Shown one piece after another: positions 57,584 to 64,000 of a stretch of 64,000 nt of DNA (position 1 is its first letter; each line of letters begins with the position of its first letter). Under the pieces are notes generated by a model that was not told where the DNA came from, ran no database searches, and was given only the letters and a program-made list of their open reading frames with translations. Source of the DNA: an uncultured bacterium (lineage in GTDB: Bacteria > Verrucomicrobiota > Verrucomicrobiia > Verrucomicrobiales > DEV007); NCBI GenBank assembly GCA_963977015.1, contig CAXBMO010000013.1, positions 64,001 to 128,000 on the forward strand, in the 5' to 3' direction. Position numbers and translations under genes: made by a program.

Positions 57584-59512
57584 ATGAAAACCCGGCTTTA
57601 TCTACTTCATACGGCAATCTTTGCTGCATCCGGCCTGGCGCTCCAGGCCCAAGTTTTCACCCCTCAATCGACCGGCGGAGGCCAACAAGGGGGAGGGAAT
57701 TCCGGCGGACCTCAGAATACCACCACGGTGGTTACAGAGGACAACAGCAATCAAGGGGACCAGAACATCATGGGGAATGTTCTTCCCCTCTTCGATCCTT
57801 CGTCCGAGACGATGATGTTCGAAGGTCAGATGTGGGACATCAACGACAACCGCGTCTTCAACGCGAGATTCGAAAAGTATCTGAATTCACCTCCCGCCAT
57901 GAGCGAGGAAGATATCAAATATCGCGAAACGATTGCCGGCATTCGCGAAGCGCTGTCTCCCCATAATAAGCAGCGAGGCGGGCGTCCTGATATGCAGCGA
58001 GCCGTCGCTTTATTGGAGCAGGCTGCGCGTTTTAAGCAGGATTCGAGAATGTCGGAGTCGCTTGCCAATGCCATCTATCGAGTTTGGTTGGCCCGCAAAA
58101 GCGTGGGAAATCTGGAGAAAGCCAATGAACGCCTCCGCGAGGAACGGAAAGTGGCCGTGCGGAATTCAGAGATTATCGGCGAGGGAAGCAAGCTAAGTGG
58201 CTCAAGCAGCTCCAATGAAGAGGATGAGCAAGCCAAAGCGCAGGCGGGAGACACGGTTTCTCGACTTACGCTGCTGGGTGAAGAAGCGACCCGTTATACC
58301 GAAATTCAGGCCAAAATCACGGCCAACGAAGGGAAAATCGCCATTTCCGATGTGCAAAGCCGGCTCGAATTTCAGTCATTGATCGTCCAGTTCTTTATGC
58401 AGCGCCGTTTTGAGCATGTCATCATCGCCGCTCGGCTCTATACGGAGTTTTACTCAGATGGGGCAGGGAAAATTGATTTCAAGGAAGGGTCGGATGCCGA
58501 GAAAATGTTTAAGGAGACCGCTGGCTTTGATCCTACCGTAACGACGCTCGACACACTGGCAAATGAAGCCATTCAGGATACCAAAGACGCCGTTGAGGCG
58601 TTCAGCTATCTCATTGAGAAAGATGAGCGGGCAAGCGCGAGCAAGCGATTGATGGAGGGGTTTGTGGTCGGTGAGCACCTTCCCCCGATTCAAACGATCT
58701 CATTGGAGAAGAAACAATCGATTCTCACATTCGTAAGAGCCTACAATCAGCTTTTGTCCTCGATCGAGGTCAAGGATTACGAATTGGCGGAAGAGAAAAC
58801 GGACGAATTGCGCCAGTTAGCAGGTGATTTTGATCACTCCAAGCCGATGGCGGCCATCAATATCGCCAAAACCACCAGCAGTATGCATATCCAGACGGCG
58901 GTGAATGCCGCGCTAACTGGGGATAAGGAGACTTTTCAGGAGAACATTGGAGCCGCGGCGCAGATTTGGCCGACCAATCCTGAATTGAAGCGGGCATTTG
59001 ATCAGACGAGTGAGATGAACAATGTCCAGATCCAAACGGTGAATGACCTGGATCGATTGATCGCAACGCGCAGTTTCCGGCAGATATACAACGACCAAGC
59101 CCGCTACATTGGTGCGGTGGGAATGACGAAAGACACGGAGCGTCAGGATGCGCTCAAGCAGATCATTGGGAATATCACCAAGATTGATATTGCCATTCAA
59201 CAGGCTCAAAAGCTGGAGCAGGTCGGGAATGCTTATGGTGCGTGGGAAACCGTGGAAGAGGTGTTCAAGGAGTTTCCAGATGATCCGCCACTGAGTAAGG
59301 CACGTTCAGATTACGCGACCCAAGTCGCCACTTTTGTCAGTGCCCTAAAGAAAGCCGAGGAACTGGAGGAGCGTGATCAACATGGGTCCAGTCTGGCATG
59401 GTTCCTGAAATCCAGACAAATGTATCCGGCCAGTTATTTTGCAGCCCAGGGAATCGGCCGACTCGTTGAAGAAGTTCTTCCCGATTCTACGGGTGGAACC
59501 GGTCTCGAGTAG
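57584..59512 (+). CDS. Exported alpha-helical (coiled-coil / TPR-like) hypothetical protein
   Basis: Signal peptide from MKTRL, G/Q/N linker, helical body. Confidence 0.75.
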   Translation: MKTRLYLLHTAIFAASGLALQAQVFTPQSTGGGQQGGGNSGGPQNTTTVVTEDNSNQGDQNIMGNVLPLFDPSSETMMFEGQMWDINDNRVFNARFEKYLNSPPAMSEEDIKYRETIAGIREALSPHNKQRGGRPDMQRAVALLEQAARFKQDSRMSESLANAIYRVWLARKSVGNLEKANERLREERKVAVRNSEIIGEGSKLSGSSSSNEEDEQAKAQAGDTVSRLTLLGEEATRYTEIQAKITANEGKIAISDVQSRLEFQSLIVQFFMQRRFEHVIIAARLYTEFYSDGAGKIDFKEGSDAEKMFKETAGFDPTVTTLDTLANEAIQDTKDAVEAFSYLIEKDERASASKRLMEGFVVGEHLPPIQTISLEKKQSILTFVRAYNQLLSSIEVKDYELAEEKTDELRQLAGDFDHSKPMAAINIAKTTSSMHIQTAVNAALTGDKETFQENIGAAAQIWPTNPELKRAFDQTSEMNNVQIQTVNDLDRLIATRSFRQIYNDQARYIGAVGMTKDTERQDALKQIIGNITKIDIAIQQAQKLEQVGNAYGAWETVEEVFKEFPDDPPLSKARSDYATQVATFVSALKKAEELEERDQHGSSLAWFLKSRQMYPASYFAAQGIGRLVEEVLPDSTGGTGLE

Positions 59513-59549
59513 CCCCGGATTCCAACTGGAATCAACCATTTGAGAACCC

Positions 59550-59582
59550 AAAAAAAAGGGAGCCAATATTGGCTCCCTTTTT
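59550..59582. terminator. Bidirectional intrinsic terminator
   Basis: Perfect palindrome AAAAAGGGAGCCAAT/ATTGGCTCCCTTTTT between convergent genes. Confidence 0.9.
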
Positions 59583-59613
59583 GGTAAAATGGTAAAATGG
59601 TAGAATGGTTTAT
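59582..59613. repeat. Octamer tandem repeat, about 3.5 copies
   Basis: TGGTAAAA TGGTAAAA TGGTAGAA TGGTTTAT. Confidence 0.75.
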
Positions 59614-59618
59614 CGAGA

Positions 59619-60071
59619 TCAGCCCTTAAAGAAGTAGCGGGTGCTCTTGAGCTTACCGCGCTTGCCGACAACGCCTTCTTCGAGAAGTTCTTTAAGTTTT
59701 TTGGCCGTCGTTTGATAGTGAACGCCAGACTTGTCACTAATCTCTTTCTGGGAAAGGCCATCTGCTCCAGCAGATTTAACCGTTTCGACCGTCCGGTTGG
59801 TAACGTCTTCGCTGCTCATGCGGGTTCTCTTACCGCGCTTCTTTGCAGCAGGTTTGGACTTAACAGTGGTAGGAGCAGCTTTTGGTGCTGCTGAGCGTGT
59901 CCCGCGTGAGGCAGGAACGGATACTCCACCCGCGGAATGAGCCAATGCTTGTTGCTGAGCAGCTTTCAGTTCAGCTTCGAGCAGATTCACACGGCGCTTG
60001 AGTAGGGCCGATAGCTCATTTTCTACGCGAGCGATGTCTTTGTCTAATTGAGCGATATCGCCAGTATTCAT
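59619..60071 (-). CDS. Basic DNA-binding protein: coiled coil, Ala/Lys linker, winged HTH
   Basis: Heptad N-terminus; AAPKAAP/KKRGKR linker; GLSQKEISDKSGVHYQTTAKKLKELLEEGVV..RG...TRYF. Confidence 0.8.
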   Translation of the reverse strand: MNTGDIAQLDKDIARVENELSALLKRRVNLLEAELKAAQQQALAHSAGGVSVPASRGTRSAAPKAAPTTVKSKPAAKKRGKRTRMSSEDVTNRTVETVKSAGADGLSQKEISDKSGVHYQTTAKKLKELLEEGVVGKRGKLKSTRYFFKG

Positions 60072-60227
60072 ATTAGCGGTTGTTCCTCTAAATAGTCAGC
60101 TATGTCAATATGGTTTTTTATAATTAGAGTAAAACTGAGGGTGTTTACATAATTATCTAGGAATTATCTAAGATAACCTAATCAGAAGAGCCTGTTCACC
60201 TTGCGAAATTTTAGAATGAACGCAAAC

Positions 60228-60241
60228 TGTTCAGTCGAACA
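60228..60241. promoter_or_regulatory. Second LexA box
   Basis: TGTTC-AGTC-GAACA (extends to CTGTTC...GAACAG), same pattern as the box at lexA, in a divergent intergenic region. Confidence 0.65.
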
Positions 60242-60402
60242 GCTTTCCGGGGCAATTTTGAGGTTTACAAATGGAGATTCGGCCTTTAATTCCGCGCACT
60301 CGAGTCCAGACAACTGCCGTTGGTCCTTTGGGGGGAACGAAACAAATGAGTTTCGTTTCACGACTCGCCCAAAAGTAACCCGGCTTTCATCAGAAAATAC
60401 CT

Positions 60403-61482
60403 ATGCCTACTACACTTGCTCGCTTCGAGATGCCGAAGCACCTCGTCAAAGACGATGATACCGCGACCGATACCTACGCTCGCTTCACCGCCGAACCTTT
60501 CGAAGGCGGATACGGTCACACCATTGGAAACTCCCTTCGACGAGTTCTTCTCTCCTCTCTGGAAGGTGCTTCCATCACTTCCGTCCGCATCGCCGGTGCC
60601 CCCCATGAGTTCACTTCGCTTCCCGGCGTCGTTGAAGATGTGACCGAGATCATTCTGAACCTGAAAAAGATCCGGTTTAAGCATTTCGAAAACAAAGATC
60701 CCGCGACGATGACCATTTCGGTCGACAAGCAGGGAGAAGTCACCGCTGCAGACATTCAAGAGGTCCAATATGAGATCATCAACAAAGATCAGGTGATCTG
60801 CACGCTCGACCGCAAGACCAAATTTGAGGCCGATATTGAAGTTCGGGTAGGTCGCGGATTCAATACCAGCGAAGACAACAAATATCCGGAAATGCCAATC
60901 GGTGTTATCGCGATCGATTCCATTTTCTCTCCGGTTCAGCGCGTTCGCTACGGCGTTGAGGCAACCCGTGTTGGTCAGCGCACGGACTACGACAAGCTGG
61001 TTTTGGAGATGTGGACGGATGGTCGTGTTGAGCCTTCCGACGCGTTGCTTCAGGCTTCCGCAATTCTTCGCCATCACTTGGATGTCTTCGTTCACTACGA
61101 TGATGACTTGGTGAGCTTCATTGAAGAAAAAGACATCGATACCGAGGAAAACGCCGAGCTGAAGAAGCTTCTGAACATGAGCGTGAACGAGATCGAGCTG
61201 TCTGTTCGTGCTGCGAACTGCCTCAACAATGCTAATATCACGACCGTCGGCCAGTTGGCGATGAAGAGTGAGGCAGAAATGCTCAAATACCGCAACTTCG
61301 GTAAGAAATCGCTCAACGAGATCAAGGAAAAGCTGGCCGAACTCGGTCTTTCCCTTGGGATGCAGTTCGATCCAGCCCTGTTGGAATCACCCTATCCAAG
61401 TCCGCTTTTGGGTGAGCCCAAGCCTCGCGCAGGCGGCTTGACCGATTTGATTGAAGGAAATCTTGCAAATTACGAAGACTAG
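60403..61482 (+). CDS. rpoA: RNA polymerase alpha subunit
   Basis: EPFEGGYGHTIGNSLRRVLLSS, HEF, RVGQRTDYD, LSVRAANCL, NFGKKSL. Confidence 0.99.
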   Translation: MPTTLARFEMPKHLVKDDDTATDTYARFTAEPFEGGYGHTIGNSLRRVLLSSLEGASITSVRIAGAPHEFTSLPGVVEDVTEIILNLKKIRFKHFENKDPATMTISVDKQGEVTAADIQEVQYEIINKDQVICTLDRKTKFEADIEVRVGRGFNTSEDNKYPEMPIGVIAIDSIFSPVQRVRYGVEATRVGQRTDYDKLVLEMWTDGRVEPSDALLQASAILRHHLDVFVHYDDDLVSFIEEKDIDTEENAELKKLLNMSVNEIELSVRAANCLNNANITTVGQLAMKSEAEMLKYRNFGKKSLNEIKEKLAELGLSLGMQFDPALLESPYPSPLLGEPKPRAGGLTDLIEGNLANYED

Positions 61483-61528
61483 GCTCGATTGACGCCCCGC
61501 TTAATTTCGATACCGATCACTTACTGTC

Positions 61529-61966
61529 ATGAGACACCGGCGTAAAACTGTTAAACTTCAACGCGATTCTGCCCATCGCCGTTCACTGCTTGCCAACTTG
61601 GCCTGCAGCTTGATCGAGCACGGTCGCATTCGCACCACCTTGGCAAAAGCTAAAGCCCTTAAACCTGTGGCCGATAAGCTTGTGACACTTGGAAAGCGCA
61701 ACGAACTTGCCAAGGAAAAGTCCAAGAATGGTTCTCCAAAGGTGACTCCGCAGACGCTTCATGCTCGTCGCCAGGCTCTCGCGTTTCTGCGTCAGGAGCA
61801 GGCCGTGAAGAAGTTGTTTGAGGATATTGCACCTGCTGCCGCTGGTCGTCAGGGTGGCTATACTCGAGTTGTGAAGCTGGGGCCACGCGCGAGCGATTCG
61901 GCTCCCATGGCTTTTGTCGAGTGGGTGGATTCACCGGTTTCCGCTGGTGATTCCGACGACGATTAA
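61529..61966 (+). CDS. rplQ: 50S ribosomal protein L17
   Basis: MRHR, IRTTLAKAK, LHARR, GGYTR, DSAPMA. Confidence 0.98.
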   Translation: MRHRRKTVKLQRDSAHRRSLLANLACSLIEHGRIRTTLAKAKALKPVADKLVTLGKRNELAKEKSKNGSPKVTPQTLHARRQALAFLRQEQAVKKLFEDIAPAAAGRQGGYTRVVKLGPRASDSAPMAFVEWVDSPVSAGDSDDD

Positions 61967-61996
61967 GCAAGGGGATCATTCCCAATCCTAATTTCG

Positions 61997-62033
61997 AAAA
62001 ACGCGGTGTCCTTTACGGATGCCGCGTTTTTTT
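61997..62033 (+). terminator. Intrinsic terminator of rpoA-rplQ (probably bidirectional)
   Basis: AAAAACGCGGTGTCC-TTTAC-GGATGCCGCGTTTTTTT. Confidence 0.88.
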
Positions 62034-62095
62034 GTGGTTGAGGAGGCTGTTCCGAAGGCAACGGAAACTACCGCCCTACCAACGAATGGTTCCGT

Positions 62096-62470
62096 TTAGC
62101 GACTGCTGATCGCATCCGTTACGATCGGCTTCGCCCGAATTGTTGCTGCGGGCGATGGTGCGCTGGCTGGAATTTTGATCTCTTCTTCGCCTTTGGTTGG
62201 CGAGTCTGCGCCCGACTGCTTGGAATCCTCCCGGGCAAGCGCGGCCGTTGCAATTTCGAGGGACGCGTCGCCTCCGACTGGAACGAGATCCTCTGGAGCC
62301 ATTGGCTTGAGACTGGAGAGGTATCCAACGTTTTTGACGTTGGAGCTGAAGGAGCCCAGATAGCGGGGAGTCACCTCAAAATGCTTTGGCAATAGATAAG
62401 TAGCCGTAATTAACCCTCCTGCTGCAACTGCATACATTGAGCCAATCCAAGGGTTTCGTTGCGAAGGCAT
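62096..62470 (-). CDS. Small membrane-anchored hypothetical protein
   Basis: One N-terminal hydrophobic helix, P/A/S-rich tail. Confidence 0.55.
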   Translation of the reverse strand: MPSQRNPWIGSMYAVAAGGLITATYLLPKHFEVTPRYLGSFSSNVKNVGYLSSLKPMAPEDLVPVGGDASLEIATAALAREDSKQSGADSPTKGEEEIKIPASAPSPAATIRAKPIVTDAISSR

Positions 62471-62574
62471 TAAACAGGTTCCGAGCTACGATTAGGTTGC
62501 GAAGACGATAATTGAGAAAATGTTAGCAGGGCATCATTCAGACTGCCAGCCAATTTTCGCTTCGGTTCCGGCGA

Positions 62575-64000
62575 TCAGGACTCTTGAAGATCAAATTCCG
62601 GATAGGCGGTCGTTGCATGTTCGCTGAAGTCGAGTCCGGCAGCCTGGTCTTCGTCGCTGGCCCGAAGCCCCAGCCCAATTTCAACGGCTTTGAAAACGAG
62701 GATGCCAATCAAGTAAGCAAGTCCACAAATGGCCGTAATCCCAAGCAGCTGAATCAGGAAAAACTCGAGGCTGAAAGGGCCGACCAGAGAAACCGCAAGG
62801 GTTCCCCAAACACCAGCATAGAGATGGACCGGCACGGCCCCGACCACGTCATCCAATTGGCGGTTCTCCAGATAAGCGATTCCCCATGCGGCGAACAGCC
62901 CGGCAACCCCGCCAATCAAGAGTGCGACCAGGGGATGGATTTGATCGGCCGAGGCGGATACGGCAACAAGCCCGGCCAGAATGCCATTTAGCGCGAAGTT
63001 TAAATCACTTCGACCACGTTGACGCCAGACTGACAGGGAGGCGAAAACGGAACCTCCTGCCGCCGCAATTGCGAAATTCACCGAAATTCGGCCAACAGTT
63101 TGGATCTCATAACCAGCGGAAAGGGTTTGTCCAAGCCCCAGTCCAAACCAGCCCAGCCAAACCAGCAATGTTCCCACCGCAGCCTGCGGAAGGCTATGTC
63201 CGGTGACGATCTTGGGAAGACCATCATTGCTGAACCGTTCATGTCGCGGACCGAGGATCTTAATTCCCGCCAAGGCGAACGCTCCGCCGATTCCATGAAT
63301 GACTGCTGAACCCCCAAAATCGACAAAGCCCAGTTTTTCAAGCCAACCCAGGGAGCCTGGGTAGCCAAAGTAGCTGACTCGCGATCCCCAGGCGAATTGG
63401 GCAAGGAGCGGATAAACCACTCCGGTAAAAATCAGGATCACGAGAAGATAGTTTCCGAACCGGGTTCGCTCGCCCGTCGCTCCGGAACAAATGCTTGCAG
63501 CTACGACCACAAATCCGGATTGAAGCAGCCAGAAACTCCAGATCGAGTCGCTCGCGCTCGTGTGGGTGATCCACGCGAAATCAATCCCAAACATCAGCGG
63601 AAACCCGGCAAAAACAAACGTCGCCATTCCAATGGAGAGGGTCAACATCGCTTTCATCACCGCATTGACCCCATTGCGGGCATGCGAAAGTCCAATCTCC
63701 CGGACCGCAAAGCCGATAATCATCAGAAAAACGCATAGAGATGCGAAGAAGAGCCAGGTTGGTTGGGGAGTATTCTCCGTCGAGGTCGGGGGGGGGAGAG
63801 TGGCTTGGGATGGGGGCGTTCCCACTTGTTGAGTCGCGGGAGGGCTGTTCGGCTCGGAGATCCCTTTTAGCGGCGAGTCCCTCAATGGACGCAGGGAACG
63901 CTCTTGCTTCAATGCATTGAGTTCGGCTTGAAGAATACGAAGGTTTATCGTGTTCTCTTGGGTGGCCGCGGCCGACGCTTCCAGCGCTTCGAATTCTCTT
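62575..64000 (-). CDS. Ammonium transporter (Amt) family protein with N-terminal extension (partial, starts beyond the right edge)
   Basis: SGATGER, DFGGSAVIH, LGPR, NGILAGLVAVS, DDVVGAVPVH, GLDFSEH...AY; frame stays open to 64000 (REFEALEAS...LQAELNALKQE). Confidence 0.88.
   Translation of the reverse strand, partial: REFEALEASAAATQENTINLRILQAELNALKQERSLRPLRDSPLKGISEPNSPPATQQVGTPPSQATLPPPTSTENTPQPTWLFFASLCVFLMIIGFAVREIGLSHARNGVNAVMKAMLTLSIGMATFVFAGFPLMFGIDFAWITHTSASDSIWSFWLLQSGFVVVAASICSGATGERTRFGNYLLVILIFTGVVYPLLAQFAWGSRVSYFGYPGSLGWLEKLGFVDFGGSAVIHGIGGAFALAGIKILGPRHERFSNDGLPKIVTGHSLPQAAVGTLLVWLGWFGLGLGQTLSAGYEIQTVGRISVNFAIAAAGGSVFASLSVWRQRGRSDLNFALNGILAGLVAVSASADQIHPLVALLIGGVAGLFAAWGIAYLENRQLDDVVGAVPVHLYAGVWGTLAVSLVGPFSLEFFLIQLLGITAICGLAYLIGILVFKAVEIGLGLRASDEDQAAGLDFSEHATTAYPEFDLQES

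Noticed and set aside
1-64000. CRISPR arrays, tRNA/rRNA, IS elements, prophage or defence genes
   Set aside because: No spaced repeats, cloverleafs, transposase, integrase or phage motifs seen by eye; tRNAscan, Infernal and CRISPR finders would be needed to exclude them fully.

Overview
Gene-dense bacterial chromosome segment, most likely Verrucomicrobiota (inferred from a TGTTC-N4-GAACA LexA box in front of lexA and PVC-type gene content). Housekeeping genes: lipA, pheA, scpB, bioF, lexA, purH, a Fur-family gene with sufCBD, and rpoA-rplQ. The standout is a stand-alone 4019-aa hybrid PKS-NRPS (14619-26678, minus strand) with a fungal-like highly reducing layout, KS-AT-DH-cMT-ER-KR-ACP-C-A(Gly)-PCP. 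It ends not in a thioesterase or SDR-type R domain but in a domain that resembles cyanobacterial acyl-ACP reductase. Other items of note: a second perfect LexA box between rpoA and a divergent Rok/H-NS-like candidate nucleoid protein; a POT peptide transporter carrying a GspG-pseudopilin-like loop domain; a Cys-substituted PerR-like regulator heading suf; an Amt with an altered pore and a long N-terminal extension; a divergent AsmA / ABCG-type cluster; a FecR-TpsA pair with no adjacent TpsB; and several enzymes with degenerate active sites. No rRNA, tRNA, CRISPR array or IS element was seen. All family calls come from recognising motifs by eye, with no database searches.
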